Shown: positions 10,055-21,200 of the stretch, one piece after another | How positions within the stretch are numbered: the stretch's first letter is position 1 | Layout: each line of letters starts with the position of its first letter | Assembly (NCBI GenBank): GCA_965246715.1 | Contig: CBDFFH010000020.1 | Location: 197,726 to 261,725 of the forward strand | Source of the DNA: Chamaesiphon sp. | Lineage (GTDB): Bacteria > Cyanobacteriota > Cyanobacteriia > Cyanobacteriales > Chamaesiphonaceae | Length of the DNA: 64,000 bases | Reading direction: 5' to 3' | Notes under the pieces: model-generated | What the model was told of the DNA's origin: nothing | What the model saw: only the letters and a program-made list of their open reading frames with translations | The model's database searches: none | Made by a program: the position numbers and the translations under genes

Positions 10055-12160
10055 TTATGCAATTTGCCGAGCGCGATTATTGCGGCTACCAGTGACGATC
10101 GATCGAATCGTTCCGCCGACTAATATCATCACCATCGGTGTAACAATTATCGGTAGTCCTTGCCCTAATAAGAGTAAGATACCGACAATTGCAATTTCAC
10201 CAACGATCGACATCAGAAATAATAACTTCCACTGGCGATGCCGCAGTAATATTCCGATTAAGAGCGACCAAGTAAATATCCATAACCACTGTTCGCCGAT
10301 CGATCTGGTAACAAAGAGTGGTAATGGATGCTGTTTATCATTAGCACGGATGATTTGGTCGAGCGAGATTGCTTGTCTCACTACTGAATTAATTTCTCGA
10401 TCGTTGAAATGACCGACGATGATAAATTTACGATCGAATAGTTTTTTAATTTCAACTTTAGATTTCGAGCTGCCTACAATTTCACTCAGATTTACTCGAT
10501 CGATCCGCTGACGGGAATCTGTGAGTAAATGAATATTTAATCTAAAATCTGGCAAAACTGACTCGTTCAAACCAAGTTTTGATACAGATCTAAGTAATTG
10601 CCGATCGCAGTTATCTAATTGAAGGCGATTGTTAGGACTTGAATTTGTTAGATTTTCATCGGTACAGCCTTGAATAATGTGTTTATCAAAAATAGTAGAG
10701 TCGTTACCGATCTCAAAATCAATTACCCAAACTATCGGTTTCGCTGTTAATTGGACTCGATCGATTAATCCCCTCAGTACTATGTCATTAGACACAAAAC
10801 CTCCAAAATCTAGGGCATCATAATTAACGATCGTTACTTGCGATGGTGATAAAGGTAGCTTTTCAACTTGAGCTAATTGAACTCGATCGACGATCGCGTT
10901 TTCCCAGGCAACTATTTGAGGCTGAGATTGGAGACCGATCGCTAGCAGAGATCCTACCAAGCTTATTACTACATTAGTTAAAATTCGGCGATTTGGCTGA
11001 CTGAGATAGGTACAAACTGCTGTAATTTGCGGTGGAACTGAGCTACTAAATACCGTTGCTGATAAGTCTTGCCAAGTCACATCATTACTGAGCGGATTAT
11101 GGAACAGAATCGGCAACCAATCGGCAAATTGAGCGAATCCAACTGATGATAATTGCAAACTCTGTCGGGCATATTTAAACGCTGCTGGGAAACTATCTCC
11201 TTGACTATATCGAGCGAGTAGCTGTTTCAAAAAGTCCTGAGCGCATTGATTGGGGACGATCTCCCGCATCACGATAATATAGGGGATATTAATATCGCTG
11301 AGTTGTTCTGCCAAGCCTAACCCATTACAGCAATTAAAAATAGCGATTTGCAAGCCGCGATCGACTGCTGTTTGGATTTCAAGTTTTAGTCTACTAATTT
11401 CTAAAGGTGTATCGTTATCTAAATAGATAACTCCATCTCGAAAAGATTGATATTGGAGCGTGTCGCCATGCCCATTGAAGATTAAAATATCCCAAGGATT
11501 ACTTTGATTTAATCGTTCGGCGATTTCATAAGCTGAAGTGGTTACTAATGGTTGGAAATGAGATTGTGGTAAGGTTTTTAAAAATGGTAAATCTAGGGTC
11601 AAATTGGGATCGCGACCGGATAAGGTTAGAATATTTACCTTGCCATTACGTTGCGGTTTGATGTGTCGGACATCGGTAGCTCTCGGCTTGGCAAATACTT
11701 CAGTAGCATGAGGATAAGCACTAAATAAATCCCAAAAATGCCACGGCAGTTGCCAGATCTGTAACCGTTCGCTGACGATGATGACTAGCAGCCGTTCGCT
11801 TGGATTTGAATCTGTCCTCAGTCGGCGATCGATCCTCCCAAAATCGCTAAAATTTAGCCAATTATTAATCGCAATCCTCAGATGATGATTTAGTTCGACT
11901 AGATCTTGAGTGGATACATTCGTTACCGTATCGGTATCGAAAACAACAGGTGATAACGTCATCCCAGGTGAGTACATCTGAATTGTCGCTGGATAGAGCA
12001 ATTGCCACCGATCTAATAACTGTTGTAATTCTGGATTGGGCGGTAAGCTACACCGATCTTCCCATCGAGTCACTTTTGCAGATTTTAACTCAACGGTGAC
12101 GTTATTAAAGCCATTTTGAATCGTGCCCGTACCCAATCTAATAATAATCTCTTTCATCAT
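10055..12160 (-). CDS. CHAT (caspase-like) domain membrane protein with a degenerate CHASE2-like sensor region
   Basis: QLPWHFW, IFNGHG (His) and IFNCCNG (Cys) motifs; a TM helix after CHAT and several TM helices at the C-terminus. Confidence 0.85.
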   Translation of the reverse strand: MMKEIIIRLGTGTIQNGFNNVTVELKSAKVTRWEDRCSLPPNPELQQLLDRWQLLYPATIQMYSPGMTLSPVVFDTDTVTNVSTQDLVELNHHLRIAINNWLNFSDFGRIDRRLRTDSNPSERLLVIIVSERLQIWQLPWHFWDLFSAYPHATEVFAKPRATDVRHIKPQRNGKVNILTLSGRDPNLTLDLPFLKTLPQSHFQPLVTTSAYEIAERLNQSNPWDILIFNGHGDTLQYQSFRDGVIYLDNDTPLEISRLKLEIQTAVDRGLQIAIFNCCNGLGLAEQLSDINIPYIIVMREIVPNQCAQDFLKQLLARYSQGDSFPAAFKYARQSLQLSSVGFAQFADWLPILFHNPLSNDVTWQDLSATVFSSSVPPQITAVCTYLSQPNRRILTNVVISLVGSLLAIGLQSQPQIVAWENAIVDRVQLAQVEKLPLSPSQVTIVNYDALDFGGFVSNDIVLRGLIDRVQLTAKPIVWVIDFEIGNDSTIFDKHIIQGCTDENLTNSSPNNRLQLDNCDRQLLRSVSKLGLNESVLPDFRLNIHLLTDSRQRIDRVNLSEIVGSSKSKVEIKKLFDRKFIIVGHFNDREINSVVRQAISLDQIIRANDKQHPLPLFVTRSIGEQWLWIFTWSLLIGILLRHRQWKLLFLMSIVGEIAIVGILLLLGQGLPIIVTPMVMILVGGTIRSIVTGSRNNRARQIA

Positions 12161-12196
12161 ATGCCCTTCCTGGTAGGGGCTGGGATGGGTGCTGAA

Positions 12197-13396
12197 TTAG
12201 ACAATAAACCGCTCGATCGATCTAGCATTCTGTAACTGTAATTGCAGATTAAATTCCGTTCCGATCGAACAAGTAAAGGCGGGTAACTGAATATAATCAT
12301 CATTAGTTCTCGCCGTTACCGTGCGGAGAATCGCGCCATCAGCATCGAGATAACTTAACTGTAATTGTGGGGGTAAGTAGCGAGAACCGATCGCCGGATG
12401 TACTCGGACGATCGCCCGCATTCTATCCCCTGATTCGGGAATTATCCCGACTAATAATACTACGGTTTCTCGGCTGAGATCGACTTGGAGATCGATTAGC
12501 TTCGATCTGGAGATCGTGTTGTTGTGACTCGGAGACATAACGGCGACAGCTTGATAACTTTCCCAACCACTAGTGATTGCATTAGTAAATTCTTGACGCA
12601 ACCAATCAACCAACCGGAAACTCGGCGCGGGAACTCGATCGATCGCCGCTCTTTGGATGCGGGTTTGATATAGTTGCGATCGCAATGTCGGATTATTTAA
12701 GATTGCGCCCCATTCGGCAAAATCAAGGGCAAGGCGCGGTGAATAAGGGGACGGTTGACTCAATCTTTGGATTAATTCTAAGGCGCGTTCTAAGTCTAAA
12801 TTTGGCAACTCTGAGATGATGTTTCGCGGAGCTAATGCTAATTCTTCGGCAATCCACAAGAGATCGAGATTACTAACTAATCGATCGCTATCTAAACTAT
12901 AAGTTCGATCGCGTATGGAATATCGCCCCCGATCTTTGAGTGCTTGATGGGAAGCGAAACCCCAAATATTCATCATGTTGGAGTCTAGATCGATTTGTAC
13001 CCCTAGATAATAATCTCCCGCCCAAGTAGGCAAGTCTAACCATTCTTGGGGTACTCGTAATTCAGATCGATCGAGGTTATCGCTAGGGATTAAAATCAGT
13101 TTCAGTTTACCAATTTCAATGGCACAACCTGTCACGACATCCCAGATTGTGGCTAATTCGGTGTCGTTTAAGCTGGGTTGATGAGCGATCTCTCGATCGG
13201 TCAACCAAGTTTGAAATTTAGTTAGGCATAATTGATTGATTTGGGCGTTATGCAAGCCAGTAGGGTTGGAGTAAATTTGGGGATTGGGTGTGGCTCGATC
13301 GATCTCTTCTGGGGCAATTTCTAGCCAGATTGAGGTTGGATCGATGGCTTTTACTTGTTCGAGGTTTAATAGCATTGGGATTTTATTAAGTGGCAA
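12197..13396 (-). CDS. DUF1822-family protein (start may be ATG 13375)
   Basis: WDVVTGCAI, LRVPQEWLDLPTWAGDYYLGVQ, YLPPQLQL and DDYIQL signature blocks. Confidence 0.85.
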   Translation of the reverse strand: MPLNKIPMLLNLEQVKAIDPTSIWLEIAPEEIDRATPNPQIYSNPTGLHNAQINQLCLTKFQTWLTDREIAHQPSLNDTELATIWDVVTGCAIEIGKLKLILIPSDNLDRSELRVPQEWLDLPTWAGDYYLGVQIDLDSNMMNIWGFASHQALKDRGRYSIRDRTYSLDSDRLVSNLDLLWIAEELALAPRNIISELPNLDLERALELIQRLSQPSPYSPRLALDFAEWGAILNNPTLRSQLYQTRIQRAAIDRVPAPSFRLVDWLRQEFTNAITSGWESYQAVAVMSPSHNNTISRSKLIDLQVDLSRETVVLLVGIIPESGDRMRAIVRVHPAIGSRYLPPQLQLSYLDADGAILRTVTARTNDDYIQLPAFTCSIGTEFNLQLQLQNARSIERFIV

Positions 13397-13467
13397 GTTC
13401 GGGTTTTATAGCGGTGGACTTAGTTTTGAGCTGGGTTTGCAGAGAAAATTAAAGGCTATTTCTAGAT

Positions 13468-16425
13468 CTACCTTTTCTCAATTTTCTCCAAAAACCCCAT
13501 TGCTTTTTGATATAAATCTATCTGTCCTTGCTGACGAAATAACTCAGCCGCTTTGCTCGTATCTGCAATTGCACCTTGTTTATTTCCTATAGCATATTTA
13601 GCAAGACCCCGATTACCGTAAGCGTAAGCAAATTTAAGATTGAGAGCGATCGCTCGATCGTAATCGGTAATAGCCTCATGAGTATTTCCTAGAGCAAATT
13701 TAGCATCACCCCGATTAAGGTAAGCCCCAGCAAATTTAGGATTGATATTTATGGCTCGATCGAAATCGAGAATTGCTCCCTGATTATTTCCAAGCTCGAA
13801 TTTAGCCTTACCCCGATTACTATAGGCTTCAGTATCTTTATAATTTATAGCTATAGCTCGGTCAAAGTCGATAATTGCTCCCTGTTTATCGTCGAGCTTA
13901 TATTTAGCATTACCCCGATTAAAGTAAGCATCAGCAAATTTAGGATTGATATTTATAGCTAGATCGAAATCGAGAATTGCTCCCTGATTATTTCCAAGCT
14001 CGAATTTAGCCTTACCCCGATTACTATAGGCTTCAGGGTATTTAGGATTGATATTTATAGCTAGATCGAAATCAATAATTGCTCCCTGATTATTTCCAAG
14101 CTCGGATTTAGCAGCCCCCCGATTACTATAGGCTTCAGTGTATTTAGGATTGAGATAAATCGCCCGATCGTAATCAATAATTGCTTCCTGTTTATCTCCG
14201 AGCTTATATTTAGCATTACCCCGCTTACAGTAAGCATCAGCAAACTTAGGATTAATATCTATAGCTCGGTCAAAATCAATAATTGCTTCCTGTTTATTTC
14301 CGAGATCGGATTTAGCATTACCCCGATTAAAGTAAGCTCCAGCAAATTTAGGATTGATATTTATGGCTCGGTCAAAATCAAGAATCGCTCCCTGATTATT
14401 TCCAAGATCTAATTTAGCAGCCCCCCGATTGTTGTAAGCGAAGGCTTCTGGCTGTTTATTAATAACTGCACTATAGATAGCGATTGCCTCTGAATGCTGC
14501 TTCTGAGTGCCTAAGAGCCGTGCTTTTTCATTGAGCAAACTCAGGTCATTAGAACCTACTCTAATCGCTACATCGATCGCTTTGAGAGCTTCATCATATT
14601 TCTCTAAAGCTATTAAAATCAGACTTCTGTATTTCCAAAAATAGTAATATTTGCTATTTTGCTCGGGTGGGATTGCTATAATAGCTTGAGATATCGCACT
14701 TTCTGCTAGTTGATATTTATTAATGTTTCGCAATGATAAAGCTTTTCCATAATTACCTTGTAATTTTTGATTTCTATCGATAGCTCTATCAAAAGCTGAT
14801 GCAGCTTTATCAAATTGACCAGTTCTATAAAGTTGACTTGCATAAGCTAGCCAGCGTTCCCCATTATCTTTTATTTGAGGTTGAAAAATATTTTGCATTT
14901 CCGCAATTACGTTGTCTCGATCTTTTGGACTCAATTCGACTGGATTAGTTTTAACAAATTTTAAAAATTTAGAATTGATTCGTAATTTATCCAATAATCC
15001 CGTAAAGGTTTGGATCGATATCCCCAGACTATTGAGATCTGTTGATTCTGCTCTACCATGAATACCGATGACATTTCCTGCCGTATCGAAGACAGGCCCC
15101 CCACTCATGCCGCCATAACTAATGCTGCTATAGATGAGATCGTATCCGTTAGAAAATGATTGGTTAGTTTGAGTTTGCAATTTACCTTGTTCTCGATCGC
15201 TAATAATTCCTGGATTGAGTTGCCATTGCCACAAAGGGCTATTAATTTTTTCTCGTCCCGGAAATCCACCGACAAATACAAAATCGAAATTATTCTGGCT
15301 ATACTCGCCCAATTGCGCCACTGGATATTTATTACCACTCTCAAACTTCACTACTGCCAGATCTACCCCTTCAGCAACGATGCTACTAGTCACACTGCGC
15401 CGATCTTGGTCGTAGGTGATAATCTGATGATTGGTATATTTTTGGTTAGTTTCGGGATTTTGCAGCACATGTTTGGCAGTTAGGACGTAGTAACTATTCC
15501 CCTCCTTTGCCACAATTACCCCCGAACCATTCCCGCCACTATTCTCAATCCGCACTGTCATCTGCCGCGCTTTGATATTTAGTCTTGCCAGATACCCCGT
15601 TGGCGTGACTTGTCGCTCCACCTTGGGCAGATTAGCGTAACCATAGAGGATATCTGCCTTCACATTCGTCAGGAAATTGTAGACAGGTATCCCCCAATTA
15701 GCACGGGCGTATTGAGCCTTGAGCTTGGCTAGCGGTTTACTCCCATCGTTGTAGGTATAATCGGGCAAAATTGGTGCCACCCCGACGGTATTAATCCCTA
15801 ATAAATTCCCCTGAGCATCAAAGATCGCCCCCCCACTCATCCCCTGACGGATGCCTTGTTTCCCTTTGTCAGTAACATAACCAATCTGCGTCCCATCATC
15901 GAAGGGAATATCCGACAGTTGGGATACTTGTCCACTGGTAATCCTAATCTCCTTGGAGTCAAACGGAAACCCCGCACTATAAATTGTCCGCTCTATCGTA
16001 AGCGGACTCCCACTAATATTAGATAAATTAGCGAGGGTGTATTTAGTTTTACTGGTAAATTGCAATAGGGCGAGATCGTATTTCGAGTCAAAGCCACCGT
16101 CGATGGGTGTGGCTTGATACTTTTGCCCATCGGGAGCCTGAATTTCGATTTTAGTAGCGCGTCTAACGACATGGGCATTAGTCAGAATTAGGTAATTATT
16201 CCCCTTCTGGGCAATAATTACTCCCGAACCGCCATTATTGGTAGTGCTGACGCGCACGGTAATATTTTTGGCAGTTTGTTGGACTTGTTGAGGCGTGAGG
16301 GTTGCGTCTGTCAGATCGGCTTGGGCGATGCGAGTGGTGGGTTGTGAGGTACTACTTACAGCAGAGATGTTTGCTGGGATGTAGATAGTGGTTAGCAACA
16401 GAGCGGTGAAGAGCGTTTTGTTCAT
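13468..16425 (-). CDS. Secreted tandem trypsin-like serine protease with TPRs (paralogue 3)
   Basis: ORF 13468-16491; the likely start is ATG 16425 (MNKTLFTALL signal peptide); two protease triads and about 9 regular TPRs. Confidence 0.92.
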   Translation of the reverse strand: MNKTLFTALLLTTIYIPANISAVSSTSQPTTRIAQADLTDATLTPQQVQQTAKNITVRVSTTNNGGSGVIIAQKGNNYLILTNAHVVRRATKIEIQAPDGQKYQATPIDGGFDSKYDLALLQFTSKTKYTLANLSNISGSPLTIERTIYSAGFPFDSKEIRITSGQVSQLSDIPFDDGTQIGYVTDKGKQGIRQGMSGGAIFDAQGNLLGINTVGVAPILPDYTYNDGSKPLAKLKAQYARANWGIPVYNFLTNVKADILYGYANLPKVERQVTPTGYLARLNIKARQMTVRIENSGGNGSGVIVAKEGNSYYVLTAKHVLQNPETNQKYTNHQIITYDQDRRSVTSSIVAEGVDLAVVKFESGNKYPVAQLGEYSQNNFDFVFVGGFPGREKINSPLWQWQLNPGIISDREQGKLQTQTNQSFSNGYDLIYSSISYGGMSGGPVFDTAGNVIGIHGRAESTDLNSLGISIQTFTGLLDKLRINSKFLKFVKTNPVELSPKDRDNVIAEMQNIFQPQIKDNGERWLAYASQLYRTGQFDKAASAFDRAIDRNQKLQGNYGKALSLRNINKYQLAESAISQAIIAIPPEQNSKYYYFWKYRSLILIALEKYDEALKAIDVAIRVGSNDLSLLNEKARLLGTQKQHSEAIAIYSAVINKQPEAFAYNNRGAAKLDLGNNQGAILDFDRAININPKFAGAYFNRGNAKSDLGNKQEAIIDFDRAIDINPKFADAYCKRGNAKYKLGDKQEAIIDYDRAIYLNPKYTEAYSNRGAAKSELGNNQGAIIDFDLAININPKYPEAYSNRGKAKFELGNNQGAILDFDLAININPKFADAYFNRGNAKYKLDDKQGAIIDFDRAIAINYKDTEAYSNRGKAKFELGNNQGAILDFDRAININPKFAGAYLNRGDAKFALGNTHEAITDYDRAIALNLKFAYAYGNRGLAKYAIGNKQGAIADTSKAAELFRQQGQIDLYQKAMGFLEKIEKR

Positions 16426-16581
16426 AGAGTTAGCTTCGGGGCGGTAAAATTTGCGTTGTGTGAGTAGTCGATCGAGTTTAGTTGCTGACAATTCTCGATC
16501 GGGTAACTCGATCGATAATATGCAGGTTTTAGAAAAGAAATTTTGGTGGGAATTCGAGCATCATCGATTCAAGGATCGTCC

Positions 16582-17991
16582 CTACCTCAATCGCGCTTGC
16601 ACAAAAGTATCAATCCTACTCAATCCCGCTCCCCCTGGTTTAAATCTAAATTGCCACTGAGTCTCCACTAGATCGATAAATCCCGCAACAACGCTCGATT
16701 TTGGCGTAGTTGCAATTACCGATGTCAACAGATCTATTGCTAGTTCGACATAATAAACCTCACACTGCGATTCGATATACTTGCCGTAGCCATCCAGCAT
16801 CTCGATCGAGATTTGAGTAGTTGCAGGCAACTTGTGGTAGCTAAGATAGAACTCCTGCGCTAACTTAGCAATCTGCCGATCGTGTCTGTGTCCGATCGTA
16901 GTTTGATGGCAGTCTAATTCCAGCCCCGCCTCATCCTGAGTCAATCTCAAGCCATAGAGCAAGAATAAGATCCAATCTGCCAATCTTGCCTTTGTTAACT
17001 TACGATCGGCTGGAGTTGCGGTTGTGCCTATAAGTGAATTTTTGCCAAGTAAATCCAGTGCTAGTTCTCGCGGTTCGCAATCTTCGAGCGACACACTCAC
17101 GCGCGCATCGGCAACAAGATCGCCTAAAGTCCCCAACTCATCATCATTACTCAAAGGTGCATCTAGCGATCGCGGGATTTGCTGTCGATCGTTCCGAATC
17201 ATATTGCCCAGATCTGCAAGTAACTCCTTCACTACCTCGCGTTGGCGTAGCCTCTCCCCTGGAGAATCGACAATTTCTAGATCCGTCACCTGCCTACACT
17301 CTTGATATCGAGCTAATAACGCCTCGTAATGAACTGCTTGAGGAGCGTTAGTCACAAATTGGTTGGCTACCACCACTTCCTGAAAACATTGGTGCAACAA
17401 TAGCAATCCTTCCAGCCGCTCTCCCCTTTCTCCCAACTGTTTGAGGCAAGTTTCGAGCTGCGAGGGGCTACAACGACTTAATAAGCCCAGATTAGTCCGT
17501 TTAAAATCATCTCCTGCTAGCTTTCGCAATTCATCAATCAGGGATTTGCGAAACTTGTTGTGACTATACCGACTCAAACTCCCATACCAATCTAGCTGCG
17601 GCTGAAAATTCCGTAAGAACTTCGATGGGTGGCTGATAATAACCAGACTAATCTGATAGACATCCCGCAATTCCGTCCCCTGAAAGTGACACTTTAAAAG
17701 TTCCACCATGCTAACGAGCCGTACCTTCCGCTCTGAGAATAGGATATGGGAGAGAAAAGCTGTCATCGAGCCACTTAGGTTCTGCTCTGGCAGAGTGTAA
17801 TACTGGCGAGCGAGATTCAAATTTTGAACTTCCTCAACCAAAATCCGTGCGGCTGCGAGTATTTGAATCGGTAGATATTCATCCGGTATCCGCTGGTAAA
17901 TATAGCGTCTGAGCCTGGGATCGATCTGCCACCTCAGATATGGATGATGCTCGATCGATTCAGGGATCTGGTAAAAGTGTTGGCGATCCAT
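16582..17991 (-). CDS. Sigma-70-like (HetZ-related) regulator
   Basis: RSLDAPL...TLGDLVAD (region 3-like) and LTQDEAGLELDCHQTTIGHR (region 4-like HTH); upstream of DUF1822 and CHAT genes. Confidence 0.7.
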   Translation of the reverse strand: MDRQHFYQIPESIEHHPYLRWQIDPRLRRYIYQRIPDEYLPIQILAAARILVEEVQNLNLARQYYTLPEQNLSGSMTAFLSHILFSERKVRLVSMVELLKCHFQGTELRDVYQISLVIISHPSKFLRNFQPQLDWYGSLSRYSHNKFRKSLIDELRKLAGDDFKRTNLGLLSRCSPSQLETCLKQLGERGERLEGLLLLHQCFQEVVVANQFVTNAPQAVHYEALLARYQECRQVTDLEIVDSPGERLRQREVVKELLADLGNMIRNDRQQIPRSLDAPLSNDDELGTLGDLVADARVSVSLEDCEPRELALDLLGKNSLIGTTATPADRKLTKARLADWILFLLYGLRLTQDEAGLELDCHQTTIGHRHDRQIAKLAQEFYLSYHKLPATTQISIEMLDGYGKYIESQCEVYYVELAIDLLTSVIATTPKSSVVAGFIDLVETQWQFRFKPGGAGLSRIDTFVQARLR

Positions 17992-18040
17992 TGGTTGAGA
18001 CGAGTATTTTTTGTAGCTAGATATTTATTCTAGCTACAAC

Positions 18041-19000
18041 TTACAATCGAGGACTAAAGATACTTAAATTAAATACTTGAGCCAATCGTTCGAGGATAAA
18101 TAAGCTGGCAATAGAGTTACCAGCTAGATTTAATGGTGGACTATAAACAGCGATTGCGCCTTCGCCTAGAACGATCGCCAATACGCAGCCGCTGACACTG
18201 GATTTCAATGGCAGCCCGATCGAGACGCTATAGATGCCAGATTCTTCATACATGCCGCAAGTTAACATCAGGGCATTTACTACTTGTAAATCGCTTGCGG
18301 GCAGATGATACTGGGGACTGGCAAGTAACAATCCCAGTTTTCCCAGATCTTCAATCGTTCCAGAAAGACAACAAACTCGTTCGTAAACATCTAAGGTTTT
18401 AGCGATTGCTGGTGCGGGTAGTGAACCGTGCGAATCTAAATATCCCCCGCGATGTAATAAATGAGCGATCGCTTGATTGATGGTATTGGGAGACGATCTG
18501 ACTGATGCGAGCATGTCTAGATCCAAGCTAATTTGGCTACCTGCAAGTTGGTTCAACCAGTCGCAGAAAGTTTGACAACAGTTCGATGCCGTATCCCCAG
18601 GTAACAGAGCCGCAAGCGCGATCGCCCCACTATTAATCATGGGATTGCGCGGTTTATATCGATCGATTTCTAACTGAGCTAGGCTATTGTAGGGGCGATC
18701 GCTCGGTGTTTTGCCCACACGCTCGAATACCAAATCGCGATCGGACTGCTGTAATAAATACAGTAATACGAAAGGTTTGATTAAACTCATTAATGGAAAG
18801 CGGAATGTCTCCGCTCCAGCAGATGAAAGAATTTCTCCATTAACTCGATGTACTTGAATTGCTAGCTCGAAACGACGCTTGGGATCGGCTAGTAGAGGAA
18901 TATATGTTGGTAATTCGCCTGCTGTTTCTACTATCGATCGAGATTCAGTTAGCAAGTCATTAAGTTGTGCTAGATCGAGTGCTGCTAATCTTTTAGACAT
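18041..19000 (-). CDS. glsA: Glutaminase
   Basis: YIPLLA, SxxK motif (LMSLIKPF), PRNPMINSGAI, CGMYEESG, GLPLKSSVSG, YSPPL. Confidence 0.92.
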   Translation of the reverse strand: MSKRLAALDLAQLNDLLTESRSIVETAGELPTYIPLLADPKRRFELAIQVHRVNGEILSSAGAETFRFPLMSLIKPFVLLYLLQQSDRDLVFERVGKTPSDRPYNSLAQLEIDRYKPRNPMINSGAIALAALLPGDTASNCCQTFCDWLNQLAGSQISLDLDMLASVRSSPNTINQAIAHLLHRGGYLDSHGSLPAPAIAKTLDVYERVCCLSGTIEDLGKLGLLLASPQYHLPASDLQVVNALMLTCGMYEESGIYSVSIGLPLKSSVSGCVLAIVLGEGAIAVYSPPLNLAGNSIASLFILERLAQVFNLSIFSPRL

Positions 19001-19036
19001 TGAGGCTATATAAGGGTTGAGATGAATGATGTTTAA

Positions 19037-19933
19037 TCATGCAGTTTCCAAGAGCGACTGTTGTTTTTTTGTGAATGTCATTGCAATCCCTTTCTCTATA
19101 TATGCTGCTTCATTTATAAAGATTGGGAAAACCGTCTCTTCACCTCGATAGAGAATCGAATCGCCAGTAAATGTCAAAAACATCGGATCGCCCGATCGCA
19201 ATGCTTGATAATCTTGAGACTGGAGTTGTGGATGAACCATCGCTTGGATCTCGCCTGATGAATTGCGGGGATAATCGATCGAGGAAATTGACTGATAATA
19301 TGTCAAATAGGGTGCTACAGGCAGCGATTTTCCAAGATTTTGCGCGTCGATATAATCCAAAATGGCATGAACTAGCATTTCGGTTTTTTGGAACAAATCC
19401 GCATTGAGAACTCCTTGAGGTACAGCCCCAACTTCGATCGTACAACCCAATGGGGAGAGCGATCGTAGCATTGGATCGTTTTGGCTGCACTCAATTCCAC
19501 AGACAACTCGTACATCGGGATGCAGCGTACTTAAATACGCACCCAATCTCATGTTAAAAGGGTGTCTGCTCGATGGCAGAATTGTTAAACCCATATTTGA
19601 GGTAGTGCTATGGAGATCGATAATTACGTCGCGATTAGATCGGGTTTTGGAGCCGAGCTGTATGGCGATTTCCTTAGCACGAACGTTCTCATAGCCAGTT
19701 AAATCTAAATTACTTAAATCCTCATTCCCAAAGCAGCGGTTTAAATCTCGATCGATATAACGTCTATTGACTGCGACTGCTTGGGGATTGGCAATTACTG
19801 TTTGGCATTCAAAGCTTTTTCGCCGCAGCAGTTCGGGGAACTGCTGGAATTTTTTCACCAGGTAAATACCAGTTAGCTCATTGCCGTGAGTTCCACCCAC
19901 AACAGCGACTTTTCCGATTGATTCTGACATCAT
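19037..19933 (-). CDS. Aspartoacylase (M14-like deacylase)
   Basis: GGTHGNE, RDLNRCF, DLHST, IEVG, FINEAAY. Confidence 0.93.
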   Translation of the reverse strand: MMSESIGKVAVVGGTHGNELTGIYLVKKFQQFPELLRRKSFECQTVIANPQAVAVNRRYIDRDLNRCFGNEDLSNLDLTGYENVRAKEIAIQLGSKTRSNRDVIIDLHSTTSNMGLTILPSSRHPFNMRLGAYLSTLHPDVRVVCGIECSQNDPMLRSLSPLGCTIEVGAVPQGVLNADLFQKTEMLVHAILDYIDAQNLGKSLPVAPYLTYYQSISSIDYPRNSSGEIQAMVHPQLQSQDYQALRSGDPMFLTFTGDSILYRGEETVFPIFINEAAYIEKGIAMTFTKKQQSLLETA

Positions 19934-20070
19934 GAACGTATCCTTTTAGGAATAGTGACTTCTAAATCTCAAATCTTTGAAACCATGTTTCTCACGATAC
20001 GTTGACTCACTCCATATGTCTAAGTCTTATTTAAGCATGTTACTGTATGTAAAAAATATATTACTCGCAG

Positions 20071-20967
20071 ATGGAACTCGAACTTCGCCACCTTCGCTAC
20101 TTTGTTGCAGTTGCTGAGGAATTAAGCTTCACCCGTGCAGCAGCGCATTTACATATGACTCAACCACCTCTAAGCCAGCAAATTCAAGCTTTAGAGGATA
20201 AATTGTTGGGTGTAAAGCTATTCGATCGCAAACCTCAACTCAAGCTAACTCAAGCGGGACTAGCATTTTTAGAAGATGCTCGATTGACATTGGCAACTGT
20301 CGATCGAGTGGTACACAAAACACAACGCATCCATCAAGGTGAATTAGGATATTTGGTAGTAGGTTTTACTAGTTCTATGGCTAATGGTGTTTTGCCCGAT
20401 ATTTTGCAAACTTTTCACCAAAAGTATCCAGAGGTAAAATTGACCTTACTTGAGATTAATAGTGCAGTTCAAATTGACAGCTTACGCAATCAGCTTGCGG
20501 ATATTGTTTTTGTCTATCGAGAGGGTCAAATTAGCCAAGATCGAGATCTAACTGCGCTTCAACTCGTCACAGAATCACTGGTTGTGGTTTTACCCGAACA
20601 TCATCGACTTACCGAGAAATCTGAGATCGAGATCTCCGATTTAGCAGGTGAAGAATTTATTATGCCACTTCCTCAGCTTGAAGCTGGCTTGTTTCCTCAA
20701 ATTCAGAAAATATTTTTACAAGCCGAAGTTATGCCTAATGTCGTTCAAAAAGCTTTGTTCACGGTGACGATTTTGGGTTTAGTTGCAGGTGGAATTGGAA
20801 TTAGTATTTTGCCGTTTAGCGTTCAAAACTTGCAACGCAAAGGTGTAGTTTATCGCCCGCTAGCTACACAAACTATCGCCCACCAATTAACCGCTGTTTG
20901 GCGATCCGATAATTATTCAGCGATCTTGTCAAAATTTGTTGAAGTTATTCAAGAAATAGGCTGTTGA
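20071..20967 (+). CDS. LysR-family regulator divergent from the aspartoacylase-glutaminase operon
   Basis: LRHLRYFVAVAEELSFTRAAAHLHMTQPPLSQQI; candidate ATA-N11-TAT box at 20014-20030. Confidence 0.95.
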   Translation: MELELRHLRYFVAVAEELSFTRAAAHLHMTQPPLSQQIQALEDKLLGVKLFDRKPQLKLTQAGLAFLEDARLTLATVDRVVHKTQRIHQGELGYLVVGFTSSMANGVLPDILQTFHQKYPEVKLTLLEINSAVQIDSLRNQLADIVFVYREGQISQDRDLTALQLVTESLVVVLPEHHRLTEKSEIEISDLAGEEFIMPLPQLEAGLFPQIQKIFLQAEVMPNVVQKALFTVTILGLVAGGIGISILPFSVQNLQRKGVVYRPLATQTIAHQLTAVWRSDNYSAILSKFVEVIQEIGC

Positions 20968-21200
20968 TTGACTTTATTAACTTTGAAAAATTGACTATAA
21001 ATGATATTTAGGGGATCTGGCGATGTTTTCGTGAGATACATCGCTGGAGAGTAATTATCCTCTACTGCCAGTGTATCGATTACATCGTCATCTCTGCATA
21101 TTCCTGTTCCTCCTCCTGTTCCATCTCCTGTTTTGGGGCTATTACAAATACCTCCATCTCTATCTCTGGGGCGTGGGTACTTGCTTCGTATATTCCCGCC

